DNA of 63,823 nucleotides, counting the filler, from Rhabdomonas costata (Eukaryota), in assembly GCA_019059605.1 (NCBI GenBank). It is 53 parts of 53 records of this genome, joined end to end, with 100 filler letters (N's around TTAATTAATTAA, not from the genome) between each part and the next. Parts side by side here need not be neighbours in the genome. Positions count along the whole stretch, not along the records: positions 8,450 to 9,556 come from JAHMHO010028277.1; positions 9,657 to 10,762 come from JAHMHO010028278.1; positions 10,863 to 11,969 come from JAHMHO010028279.1; positions 12,070 to 13,175 come from JAHMHO010028280.1; positions 13,276 to 14,381 come from JAHMHO010028281.1; positions 14,482 to 15,587 come from JAHMHO010028282.1; positions 15,688 to 16,794 come from JAHMHO010028283.1; positions 16,895 to 18,000 come from JAHMHO010028284.1; 45 more parts are not named here. One strand, 5' to 3'. The position numbers and the translations under genes were made by a program. A model generated the notes under the pieces. It saw nothing but the letters and a program-made list of their open reading frames with translations. It had not been told where the DNA came from and ran no database searches. Shown here in pieces: positions 8,578 through 20,604 of this stretch; positions within the stretch are counted from its first letter, which is position 1; each line of letters starts with the position of its first letter.

Positions 8578-11500
8578 CTCCAACTATGCTGCGGGAACTC
8601 TTACGTGGCTCCTACCTCTTTGGGTGGTCGTGCCTCTGGATCCCATTTGCTTGCACAAGGTGGGCGCTGCGTCGGCTTACCTAGGTGTCTTGGCACCTAG
8701 AACGGGGCGGAGGTCTCTTCCGTTCTTCCGGGGTTCGCTCTGGTACTCTGTGCGGGCGTCGCCTTTCTGAAACGGGGGCGGGAGTGCCAACCACTTTTCG
8801 ATTTACCAAGCCGCTTCGGCGTAAATCTGGCAACCTCTGGGAGCACAACTCTGCAGATCAGGGGGTCACTTGTGGCTCGTGAAGGCTGCTTTAGGCACAG
8901 GGAAGGGGGTCTCTTGGCCGGGCCTTGGTGCCCACACCTTCTGGGCTGTGGAGGGGTTTCGCTGGGCGGGTCTCGACGCTTATGCCTTTCCCCAATCTCC
9001 ACCCAAAGAAAGGCTGTGGAAGGGGCACGCGACCGCACACACACACCCTGTCCTGTGTTCACCGCACTAACGCCACACCCTTTTTCACCCCTCTCCTTCT
9101 GCTGGTGCCTCGGGTCTCCGCGGCTCTCGCCTGCGGTTTCTCTGTGGTTCTGCCGCACCTCCTCTGTGAAAACACGATGAAAGGCGAATCGCAACAAAAA
9201 TTGAAATAAAAAGCGACCTGTTAGGTTTAATTCCGCATTAACGGAATCACGCAATGCACAAAAACCTAATCAAGGACCTCTCCCTCTTTTTTTTGTAATT
9301 CTCGTAGTTCTTAGCGTTCAAGGGCACCAGGGTGGTCAGGACGAACTCTGAAATCTGCCTGACCTGTGAAAACTTGGAACAAAGGTGAGAATGAAATTTT
9401 CTTCCTCCGGAACCCTGGAACACACCCTGTGGATTTCTAGTGCGGTCGGGTCGTGTGCTGGCTACCTCCTTCCACGTGTCTTCCCTCCCTTGGCATGGCT
9501 CTCTGCCTCGCCCGGGGTCTTCCCCACTGTCTCTCTGCTGGCCTTCCCTCTCTCACNNNNNNNNNNNNNNNNNNNNNNNNNNNNNNNNNNNNNNNNNNNN
9601 TTAATTAATTAANNNNNNNNNNNNNNNNNNNNNNNNNNNNNNNNNNNNNNNNNNNNGGGTGGGTTGGGAAAGGGTGAGCGGGAGATGCAGGGTGGCAGGC
9701 TGCCTCCGGGAGATTTTCATTGAAAAGCGGCTGAAAAAGGCAATTATTATGCTAGTGGAGATGGTAGATGACTGTGGGACGACGTCATTGTATGTGGCGG
9801 GGATTAATGCCAGCTCGTCAAACGAAAGTGCGGGCATCTTGAGAGCAGCTTACAGGCAACCGTATATGACCGCGCAAACACGTTAACCAGCTTCGTTTGA
9901 ACGATTGGTAGCTGTGAAAGCACGACAACAGCCGCAGTACAGGCGTGGTTCGTTTTCGACCACAGACACAGAAACAGGCAGAAGTAGGGTTTATGGACAA
10001 GCGTTGGCGAGCGTTGGCCGGGCATTGACTGGGCCAATATTAGCGGCCGGTGTGGATCTAGCCACCTTGTCCATCTCTTGTATGGACATCGGCAGTCGTT
10101 GGTTGTTAGTCGTCCGCGAGGTCATCATGCGAAGGGGGAGAGCAACCCTTCGTATCCTGGGTGCTGGTGCAAACTTTGGGCCTAGCAGTTTGCTGTGACT
10201 CCGTCATGACGGGCATGCCCTTGGGTGGGCATAGTAATTAGCACGGCATTTTTCTTTTTCTTATTCGTTTCCTCCCACCACGTGACGACTGTTGCCCCCC
10301 CCCCGATCTCTTCTCTTTTCTCTCTTCTCTCTTCTTTAGTTCTCTTCTCTTCTCTTCTCTCTTTATCTTTAGGTCCCCTCGACGCTGCACTGTGGCTGCA
10401 CTCGAGTGCTGTGGGCATTGCGGGAAGTTTTCGCCGTTGGGCGTGCCCTCTGCCTGGGCCACTTCACCATCACACAGCTTCTGGCCGCGCTGTGGCTGGA
10501 GCTGCGCTCCGCCCTTGGCTGTGTGTTGGGCAGAGCCCCTCCCGCTGTCTCGGCGTGCAGCGATCAGACCTGTGTGGGGAAAGTAGCTTCTCCCTGTTAT
10601 TCGAGCACGTCAACTGCTTGCCACTGAGGGGCGAGTTGGTTGCAGTCTTTGGGCTTGCCCGATGTATTCGATGTGCATATTGGGCACATGGAATTTTCAC
10701 TGGTTATACTCCGGCTATCCACCCCCCTCTCTCTCTCTCTACTCCGGCTATCACCCCCAAAANNNNNNNNNNNNNNNNNNNNNNNNNNNNNNNNNNNNNN
10801 NNNNNNTTAATTAATTAANNNNNNNNNNNNNNNNNNNNNNNNNNNNNNNNNNNNNNNNNNNNGTTGGGTTGTGTGCGTTGTTTAGGCAACTTGCAGAACG
10901 CTGTTTTCGGGTATAACAGGGTGTTCGTGGTGCCGTTCTTCACGAAGGGGCTGGGAATGTTGTGGCGTGCGGGTAAGCGGCTGCGGTGGGTCCTGCGGGG
11001 AAGGCGGTGTGTCAAGGCGGGCACAGGGTTCAGGACGAAGACCCGCACTTGGGTGTACTGGCGTAGAAATTTCGGATCAGGATATTTGCCGATAAACGGA
11101 TAAAAATTGAACCAAAATTAAATGATCCCAAGTTGTTTCGAGTCGTCTGGCATGCATCAACGCGGTGGTTTGATCCGAAATTCAGTGATCCGAAAATGAG
11201 TTTTGGTGAGATTGTAGAGGCTTCTCCCAGTCCGTAGGACCTGGTTGGGCAGTCACCTGTGGCTTCAACGTTGCCTTTGTTCTGCATGGTAAAAAGAAAG
11301 CATTGAGCAATAGCTGGATGAAAAGATGTCCCCAACAACCAATGCCTGCCTGGGTGCCCATAATTGCGTGAGCCGTGCTCCGGTTCACCGCACAACAGGA
11401 CAAAGATTTGTTTTCCTCACCCGTGGAGTTGCTCTTGATTTTTTTTCTGCCCTCTCTACAGTTGTCGTTATTGGGGTGTGAGTTCAGTGTTTTGATTTGT

Positions 11501-12849
11501 CAATGTCTGAAAAGTGTCCCGCTTGTCATTGGCATTCGTTCTCCAGCGTCAGACATGTCTGAGGCAGGGGATATGGCGGAAGGTTCTGGGCCGCTCCCAT
11601 GTGTTCGAGAAGACGAGGCCACTTCCAGCAGCATGTTTGTCACCCCTGAGCCGGTATTGACACTTTCCTTAAATCCCCAATTTTTTTGTTCTTTTTTTCG
11701 TTGGAAGTTTCATAGTTGCGTTTTGATTCCGCAGCTGCCGAGAGCTTCGAGTGACCGTCCTTCAACGCCTCCTCTGGTATGCTCATGTTTTTGCATCCAC
11801 TGGGGTTAATGTTGGTTCTTACTGGAACTGGTTACTTGCGGCTTTGACTCTCGTGGCTTCGTCTAAAAGTTCATCTGCCCCGTTTAACTGGTTGGGCACC
11901 CAATGAACCCACTGAAACCATTCACCTTAAGGCTGTTCAATGATGTCATTCGGGATTGAATTTTGGGGGNNNNNNNNNNNNNNNNNNNNNNNNNNNNNNN
12001 NNNNNNNNNNNNNTTAATTAATTAANNNNNNNNNNNNNNNNNNNNNNNNNNNNNNNNNNNNNNNNNNNNATGCTGCTTGTCCTATGGCAAAGCTGGATTC
12101 GAAGCAGCCTAGGTGTTAGAGTTATGGAGTTATGGTTAGGGTTCGGTGTTAGGGTTCCTATCCCAAAGCGAAAATGGCTCACCGTTCGCTTTCAGGAGAC
12201 TTCGCTCCTTCTCAGCCAAGACGGTACATTTGCCCCTTCCTGACACGAGGCTTACCCCTAAGTAAATTTCTGTGGCATTCGCACCCCCACTCACGGGCGT
12301 AGTACCAGAGCGCAAGTTCCGTGTTTCCTAACGTTTGTCCATTTTTGTGCAAAGGAAAGCAAAAGGAACAACACGACTTTTGCAGCCTTGATTTTTTACC
12401 CTCTTAACCCCCCAAAAAAAGCCAATCTGCGGCTTTCTTGCTGCTGCTGAACAAGGAATACAGCCCCCCTCCCCCTTCCTTTCCCCCAAGTGGTCAATGT
12501 TGTTCCACAATGGGACACCCAGTCTTCCCCCGAAAATTCAACATTGACCCCACTGGGGAAGACAGGGGCTCAAGCTTAGGAATTATTTTCCGAGAAACAC
12601 GGCACTTTCAAATCGAGCTTTGCCTCTTAAAGCATGAGGGCGTGCGGGCATTATGGGGGCCCCTCCCCTCTATCAGTTGCATTTTTAGGACCGCCCCCGT
12701 TTGCGGTGCATCTTACGGACCCGAAGTATGGATGGATAGCGGGTGTGTTGCGTGTTGGAGTTGGAGGCTCCGCACCCCCGCACCCGGTTATGCATGTATG
12801 GTCACGTGCATCCCTCCCCGTTTCATTTGCCTTGTGCGCTTTGTGTTAG

Positions 12850-12960
12850 CTAACCGGACGTGCGGCAGCAGCGGGTACGCCTGCGCCGTGGTGTACGCCC
12901 CTCTTTCCGCCAGCACGACCTGCGCCTCGCTGAACTGCTCTATGGCGGACTGCTGCGACG
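12850..12960 (+). CDS. Cys-rich repeat exon (phase 1-1) of a probable surface or secreted protein
   Basis: ANRTCGSSGYACAVVYAPLSASTTCASLNCSMADCCD, paralogous to the exon at 36924-37037. TAG acceptor, GC donor. Confidence 0.75.
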
Positions 12961-13429
12961 GCGCGCTGTCCTCCATCAGTTCAGCCGCCCTGACGCTGAC
13001 CCTCAATGTGGTGTGTGTGGGTCTATTGCTGTTCCCTCTATCTCACGTCATAATTTTTTTCTGACAAAAACCCAGAACACAGACGAAACTTGACGCATGC
13101 CCGCACAGATGGGGTGTCATTCGTTCACAAACATGCAAGCGTCCAGTGTCGGGAACAAATGACACCCCAACCACANNNNNNNNNNNNNNNNNNNNNNNNN
13201 NNNNNNNNNNNNNNNNNNNTTAATTAATTAANNNNNNNNNNNNNNNNNNNNNNNNNNNNNNNNNNNNNNNNNNNNGGTGGGGTTTGTAGATCGACGATAT
13301 CGCGTTGAAAAAATTTGATGGGATTGATTTGTTGCAATTTCAGTGGCTGTGGACACTGGAGCACCAGTTAACCAGGCTTTCTCTCGGTCCACGGTTCCCT
13401 TTCTTTTCACTCGCCGGGGATGTACTCAG

Positions 13430-14276
13430 GAAGAGACGTGCACCGGGACATTATCGTGGTGCCCACCGGACGTGGTTTCGGCCAACCGGACCGTGTGCCG
13501 CGATTCTGCGGGTGCCTGCGACGTTGCCGAGACTTGCGACGGGGTCAGCACGAGTTGCCCGTCAGACGTCAAGGCCGCTGCGGGCTCAATTTGCCGGGTT
13601 GCCGCAGGCGCCTGGTACTCATCGGCACCTGCTGCACTTGTTACTCTCACTCATCTTCTCCACCTCACTTCGGCCCGGTGGAGATTCAAGACATTGCGGA
13701 AAATATGCTTCCGGTTCGCCCTTGGCGTAGAATGACAGGTCAACAGATAGGTGAACACCCGCAGCCAACGGCAACGTCACACACAGAAAGGAAAAACTTC
13801 CGCGAAATGGCAAAGAACCGTAAACAGCAGCAATGAGGAAGTTTTGGAGAGTATCCCCGAATCCTTGAAGTCCAAATCGTGGCTTTTTGGCCTCGCGATT
13901 TTTTCTCACCTCTAAGATGGCACGGACAACATATCCATACCGATTCATCGGTACCCAGGACTGAAAAATGCGATGCATTGGGGCTGGATGTGTGAGTCGT
14001 GAGCTAACGGGCACCTCCTGATTGAAATGGTTCTCCTTGTTATATGTGCACAAGATCGCTTGCCACATGCGGTTGTGTTGATAGTGATCTGGCTGAGACG
14101 TGCAGCGGAGCTTCCAACGACTGCCCGGCGGACTTGATGCTGTCCTCCACCGTGGTGTGCCGCCCCCCAGCAGGGCAGTGCGATGCCCCGGAATCCTGTG
14201 ACGGGTACGGCGCAAGCTGCCCCGAAGACATGAAGCACAACACCTCCGTGCTGTGCCGCGTGGCGGAAGGCGATTG
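13430..14276 (+). CDS. Disintegrin-like Cys-rich repeat protein, two exons (about 13430-13614, 14085-14276), partial
   Basis: Repeats of CR...G.CD.AE.CDG....CP.D. The intron TG|gtactc...gatag|T restores C-D-L-A-E-T-C. Confidence 0.85.
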
Positions 14277-15472
14277 GTGCAACGCCCCGCCCCCTTTCTC
14301 ATTGAACAGGCTTTTGGAAACTGCCCGCTGTGTTGTGCACGCCCCCACCCCATTTCCTCTCGCTGACTTAACAACACAACANNNNNNNNNNNNNNNNNNN
14401 NNNNNNNNNNNNNNNNNNNNNNNNNTTAATTAATTAANNNNNNNNNNNNNNNNNNNNNNNNNNNNNNNNNNNNNNNNNNNNGGTGTGTGGGGTTTCTCGC
14501 TTTTGAGGCGTCATTGATAATTCGTTGTTTTTTTTTTGGTTTGTTTCGCTGCGAGCGTTCTTTTTAACCTTCCGATTTGTCTTTTATCACCTCTCGCGCG
14601 CGCGCTTGGGTTACACAAAAGACCCCCATTCTCAAGCTCACCCGGTTTTCCCCTCTGTCAAGGGCAAGGAAACGGGTGATTTCGAGTAAGAATGAACAGT
14701 ACAGGGTTCGTCTGTTTCTGTGGGTGAAGGCCTTGGTGGGACGTCGTGGCGTCATGGCGGGTGAAGAGCATTCATGAGGGGCTTTCGTCATTCATGGAGT
14801 GGTTTGAAATCCTGGTTTGCGCACGGCGCAGTGCCGCGTGGGATGCCACGTTGTCCTTGTTGCGTCTTTCTCAGGTGCACACCATGCCTTCCTCGTCCTT
14901 CTTTCCCTCGAAGGTCGCGATTCTCACGTGGTTGTAGTGGTTCCTGCAGTGTACGTGGGTTTGGGTTTGCCTCTCATTAGCTCATTGGCTTTCCTTGGCT
15001 TTTTTCAAGTTCCTCTGCCCCCACTAGAATTTCTTGTACAGAGATGTGGTACTATGGCTTCATGGGAATGTGCATATACTCACCTGTGTTACATGGCCCA
15101 CTCGCTGCTTGGATGTCCCTCTTCAATGGTGAATTGAGCTGAGGAAGGTAGAATCTAGCGCACGGAATTCACCGTCCAGAAAACCATTATCCCTCACCCC
15201 AATCTGCTAATATTGAAGAATTCATTTAGAGGTAGTTAACCAACAGGCAGTCAGGGCATCAGCCAGCGCGCTATGCACTGCGCCCATCACACACGCACGA
15301 CCACCGATCTCCACCCAAGCAGCATTACTTTCCCCTATGCCGACGGTTATCTGCATGTGCAGTTGGCTCCCGCTGTGCTTCGCGTCCCAATCCAACTCTC
15401 CTCCTGCTCCTCCCACAGTTTACCTAACTCCAGTCTCCTACAAATAGCATCCCAAAAAATGTGTCTGATTCG

Positions 15473-15558
15473 ACGTTCAGCAGTGCTAAACAGAGCATCG
15501 CCCACCCCATGGAACGTCCCTACCCATCCGCCCGCTCCGGCCGCGCCGCGGACTGGCC
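15473..15558 (+). repeat. Dispersed repeat family A, copy 1
   Basis: Shares CACCCCATGGRACGTCC and GCTCCGGCCGCGCCGCGGACTGGCC with 47949-48032, and the first motif with 50776-50840 (reverse). Confidence 0.85.
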
Positions 15559-15706
15559 ACCGCGGCGCTGGCCTTCGCACCTAAACTNNNNNNNNNNNNN
15601 NNNNNNNNNNNNNNNNNNNNNNNNNNNNNNNTTAATTAATTAANNNNNNNNNNNNNNNNNNNNNNNNNNNNNNNNNNNNNNNNNNNNCCTTGGCAAAAAC
15701 GTTTGT

Positions 15707-15790
15707 GTTTATGTTTATGTTTATGTTTATGTTTATGTTTATGTTTATGTTTATGTTTATGTTTATGTTTATGTTTATGTTTATGTTTAT
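15707..15790. repeat. (GTTTAT)14 microsatellite
   Basis: Perfect hexamer array just upstream of a TAG acceptor. Confidence 0.95.
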
Positions 15791-15799
15791 GTTGGGTAG

Positions 15800-16736
15800 G
15801 CCTTCAGCTGACCTCAATTGGCCCCCATGCCGAGATGGATAGCACTCAGACCGTGGGCTGGGCTGCGTTGGATGGCTCGATCCCTCTGACCCAGACCTTC
15901 ACGACCTCTGAGCTTCATTGGCTGCTTTATCTCCCGTCCTCTGGTGGTTCCACGGCTACCATCCACGCCGAAGTGGCCTGCGCAAATGGAGGTGCTTAGT
16001 TATAAGACGTACAAATGAGGCGAGGATTCGGAACCCTGGAAAATCTGTGCAAGCTGAAATAAACAGTTGTGGATCTCTTGGCATTGCTTTGTGCTGGAGA
16101 AGTCGTTGACAGTAGAGACTGCCAGAGAACGCAAGGACAGTCTGGAATTGGAATTTTCGCTTTTTGCCTGATTTGTAAGTTGTCAGATTCGGCGAGCTCG
16201 ATTGATTTCTCTTCAAGCATTGTGAGCCTGTTGCTTGGTGTCGGTGTATGTGTACTGTGTATGTGTGCTGTTTTCAGATGTCTCCTCAGCAGACGCGACA
16301 TTCCAGGTTCAGGCGCTGGTCCCCCTTCAGACCTTTGCATTGCTCTCCTCGGTGTCGGCTGTTATTCGCAGCCCTCCCTCGGGGTCCTGGGCAGACCCGG
16401 CCGTGGCCGTGCCCTGCGGCCTCCTCACTCGCCAGCCCACGTGCCCGTGGGCCTTCCAGTGGCAACCGTGGCTCCCCACGCTGCCCACTCCTCTCCTGGT
16501 GACCAGCTCCGCGCTTTCCCCGGGAGCAGTGGTAGAGGTGCAGGACGTGAACCTCACTGCGGTTGACCCGAGTGAGGGGTGGGGCACCTTGATCTTGGGC
16601 ACCAGAAGCGTGTCACCTCTCATGGTGGGCCCGGCGGGGGTCTTTCCATTTCGGGCAAAGGTTGGCATTCTGGTGGGAAGCACTCCAGTTGTGCTGGGCA
16701 GCACTCAGACTGGCATGGTGAGGGTGACCAACGCTG
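15800..16736 (+). CDS. Uncharacterised protein, two probable exons (about 15800-15991, about 16292-16736)
   Basis: GC-rich open frames bounded by AG/GT, rich in Thr/Ser/Val/Pro. No family recognised. Confidence 0.45.
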
Positions 16737-16894
16737 GTACGGAAGACCAACCCACGCCCTCACACCACGAACGACTGAACGAACACCCAACACCNNNNNN
16801 NNNNNNNNNNNNNNNNNNNNNNNNNNNNNNNNNNNNNNTTAATTAATTAANNNNNNNNNNNNNNNNNNNNNNNNNNNNNNNNNNNNNNNNNNNN

Positions 16895-16990
16895 GTGTGT
16901 TGTGCGCTGTACACCCTTTTGGTGGTCACCGTTTTTTTGCCTTTTATTTCTTCTTTTCCGCGGCCTTTCCGGGCCCGGAGGCTCAGGGGA
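16895..16990 (+). mobile_element. Diverged LTR fragment related to the LTR at 40435-40907
   Basis: Its reverse complement (CCCGGAAAGGCC...AAAAGGGTGTACAGCGCACAACAC) aligns by eye with 40637-40719 (CCCGGAAGGGCT...AAAAGGGTGCACAGCGTACCACA). Confidence 0.7.
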
Positions 16991-19586
16991 CGGGTGAAAT
17001 ACGGAACCCACCTCCGCCAAACGCCACACGTTCCCATGCCATATTTTGTTGCTAAAAAAGCCCTCATCTTAATCGGGGGGCCACAGGTTTTCCGCTTTGT
17101 TCAGGCACAATCGTGAAAATGCGATCTCGAGGAGTGGAAGCAACCGGTTGATAACTGCAAGCGGACCAAAGATTGTACCGTCATCCAGGTACCAAGCCAT
17201 CCATGTTTGCGTTTCATACAATTCATTTTTTGTTAAAACATATAAATATGGAACTAGTGATGCACTTCAGAAATGGTTTTGAAAGAAGAAGAAACAAGAA
17301 GAAACAATGAAAATATCAAATGCTTAAACTGACGTCAGAAACTCAGTAGGTTTTCAAAAACAACGTAACCTTTTGGGGGTTCCGTTTTGAATGCACTGTG
17401 AATAGTGGGGACTGTTTGTGGAGTTCTCTACCTCAGTGAAGGAGCCCAGCCCACTTCCCGCTGAAAAAGAATTTGCAACAGAAAACTAGCTCTTGCACAC
17501 CTCTGCACTCAATTTCACCCCAGTCGTCTTTCCTAACTAAAACCACGCTCGAATTATGCTCTAAATTAATCCCCTCACAAAAAGACATCCCAACAAAATA
17601 CCTTTCCAAGGATAAGGCTTCCATTGTTCCTCTTGTTCCTCGCAACGAAAACCTTTTCCAACACTTTTAGCATCTTTAGCACCTACATTCGTGGTGCATG
17701 GTAAAAGTGGTGCTTTGCCCACAACAACTCAATTCTTTTAAAATTCCAAAAGCCTAGAGCAGCGTCTCTTCTTCTTGCGGCTGGAACACGTCAGGCTCTG
17801 AAACGCCACATAGGCGAGGTCAACACAACAAGCGTACCCGTGCAAAACAAGCAGCGAACAAGGCATCACTGAAAATCACAGGGGCTGCACCCATTTCTGC
17901 TCGTTCCACTTCACCCCGTTTTCTCGATTTTGCTGAAACGCAAGCACCTTCCCGAGAGGTTGCTTGATGAGCTGCGAATGACTCATCTTCACAACAAACA
18001 NNNNNNNNNNNNNNNNNNNNNNNNNNNNNNNNNNNNNNNNNNNNTTAATTAATTAANNNNNNNNNNNNNNNNNNNNNNNNNNNNNNNNNNNNNNNNNNNN
18101 GTTTGTGGTGTGGGATGGTTGTGTGTGTGTGTGTGTGTGTGTGTTTGGTATGTTGCTGGAGCATTTTGATACACCGGCACTTAGTGTACATTGCCTTGGA
18201 TTCTTCGCCTTGAATTTTAGTCAAATGCTTCGGCTTTGGCGGATGCCTGCACATAGAGGTGGGAGTGCCAACAGCAGTGAATTCAAAAAAAGGAATGCCT
18301 CCTCCAGTCTTCCATGAAGCTGCCCGTGCCTCCAAAGTTGCGGTCCATGATGCCGCATATCAGAATTTTTGCGTCGCGCACTTGCGTTCTGTAGAAAGCG
18401 AATTCAAAGGGAAGTCGAACAGCGGGTGAAGGGAAAACACATTGTCACCTTTACGGGGTGCTTTTTCTTGCAGAGGGCTCGATCTTGCTCGCTGGAGCCA
18501 TTGTGGACACCGTGCCCGTAAACTTCACCGAAGGTTTGTCGCAGTTTTTTTTTTGCTGAAACTGCTGCTGCTGCTGCTGCTGCCGCATGTGGTTCGGGAA
18601 TGAATCGTTTCCTAAAGCGCAAAGGGGCAGGACGGGTTGGGAAGGAAGGCCTATTGATGCTCTCTGGGGGGTGTCGGATGCGTTGGTCACGGTCCAAGGA
18701 AAGCTAGCAGTGGTCCGAACGTAACAAATTGATCAGCTGGTGATGGGACAGTGAGGTGGTCATGATTCCTTGGAATTGTTTGTTGGATCCTGCAATCTGG
18801 CTGGGGTGGCTCTGTTGGCCCCCTGGGGAATGCTGTGTTGGCCCTCATCCGGAAGTCTTGTCGCAGTGATGATTCATCGCCTGTCCATGACCGTACTCGA
18901 ACTGAAGCAGATGAAGGGGGGGGGGAGACCGAATGCGTGGGCACATATGCAGGGAAGCGACGTGTCCCACCTCGGCCGCGGCTTAGCGGGTCCCGTCCTA
19001 CCCCCAACCCTGTCAAACGTGGGCGGGAGAAGCTTCTGGTGGAGACGTCGGAGATGTAAGCTGCGGCCCTTGGCCCACCACCCCCACCACCGCGCTTCCT
19101 TTTTTCGCTGCTTCGGGCCCACTCTATCTTTCCACCCCACTGAACTGTGGAGGCGAGGGTGAGGAGGCCATCCCGCTTTTTTTTTGCATTTTCTTCTGTG
19201 TACCCACCNNNNNNNNNNNNNNNNNNNNNNNNNNNNNNNNNNNNNNNNNNNNTTAATTAATTAANNNNNNNNNNNNNNNNNNNNNNNNNNNNNNNNNNNN
19301 NNNNNNNNGACCATGATCATGCTCCAAAAGCCGACTCACCTAAAGGTTGTAGGCAGAGCCGGATGATAAGCGTGTGAGCAGTGGCGCGCTGCCCCTCAAA
19401 AAAAGCCCTCGATCAAGCGTGACGTCCATTTTTGCATTCTTCAAACCTCCATTGACACCTGGAATCTATTACAATGCGACACCCGGAACTACCCAGGGTT
19501 AAAACCTCCGACTGTGAAGACAAAAAGTCCACAAGAAGCATTTATCACACAAAAAGCTTTGCAGAATCCTGCAGGTTCAGAAAAAC

Positions 19587-19982
19587 CTGTAAAGTAAGCC
19601 GAAGCGCGTGCCCACGAGGTAGGAGGCCCCTCCGGTATATCGCAAAGGCCTCCTTGAGCTCCCCATCCTTCACAACACAGACCTGGTCGCCTTCCTAGCA
19701 CATAGAGAGAGCACATAAGACAAAGAGGATGGCAAACAAACAGACGTAGCTTAAGATGAACAGATGAGGAAAACGAAGCCGCCCACTTTCCTGGGCATGT
19801 AACTTGAGGAGCAAGTACTGAGAAACCCTCGTCGTCGGTCAAACCTGATCTTCGTAAGAAAGGCCAGCAAAGGCGCCGACCTCCGCGTTCAGGATCATCA
19901 AGAGCTCTTCGTAGGAGGTATTAGGCGGTACAACAATTCGGCGGATGTCTTTGGAGCCCACATACTGCACCTTCATGACAAT
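19587..19982 (-). CDS. PB1 domain protein, two exons (19845-19982, 19587-19694), partial
   Basis: IVMKVQYVGSKDIRRIVVPPNTSYEELL...LSYEDQ|EGDQVCVVKDGELKEAF has the conserved Lys, DIRR and the OPCA motif Y.D.EGD.V across a phase-0 GT-AG intron. Confidence 0.85.
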
Positions 19983-20520
19983 CTGAGCGCCAGTGGGACG
20001 CAAGGCCCCCAAAAAAACATTCAAATGAAGGTAAGCTGCCTGTTCTCGCCAGTGGAGAAACTACAAAAATATGACCATAAAATGTACAGTAAGCTGATGC
20101 AAGCCGTCTGATTGGCCAAACGGGCTTGGTATAAGTTACCGAAACCATCGCAGCAAACTGGCAGCACTTGAGCAGGAAACAACCCTAAGACAACACATCT
20201 CTGTGCCGAATTGATTGATCGCTGCACAATCAATCGTCCCTCAAAAGCCCACATGGGAAAACCTGAAACCCATGAAACCAACTATATATGTTGCCCGAGA
20301 AAGGCACACTTTCGAAAAGAGCTTTGTCAGGTGACGCCGATAACGTGAGGAAAATAGAACATCATGAGGGCATCGTACCTGGCAGTGGCTGGTCTCCACA
20401 GGGGCTGGGCGGGNNNNNNNNNNNNNNNNNNNNNNNNNNNNNNNNNNNNNNNNNNNNTTAATTAATTAANNNNNNNNNNNNNNNNNNNNNNNNNNNNNNN
20501 NNNNNNNNNNNNNGTGTGGT

Positions 20521-20604
20521 TGTGTAAAACAGCCTTTCCTGCATGGACAGTAACTCGGCCTCAAGTCCAACTTACTGTCCATGCAGGAAAGGCTGTTTTA
20601 CACA
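20521..20604. repeat. 33-bp perfect inverted repeat at contig start (probable fold-back)
   Basis: 20521-20553 is the reverse complement of 20572-20604. Confidence 0.85.

Noticed and set aside
9657-10200. Possible decayed non-LTR retrotransposon with Cys/His motifs on the minus strand
   Set aside because: The motifs are scattered across frames with stops and no RT signature is visible.
12121-12157. TTAGGG-like telomeric repeats
   Set aside because: Only two degenerate internal copies, not an array.
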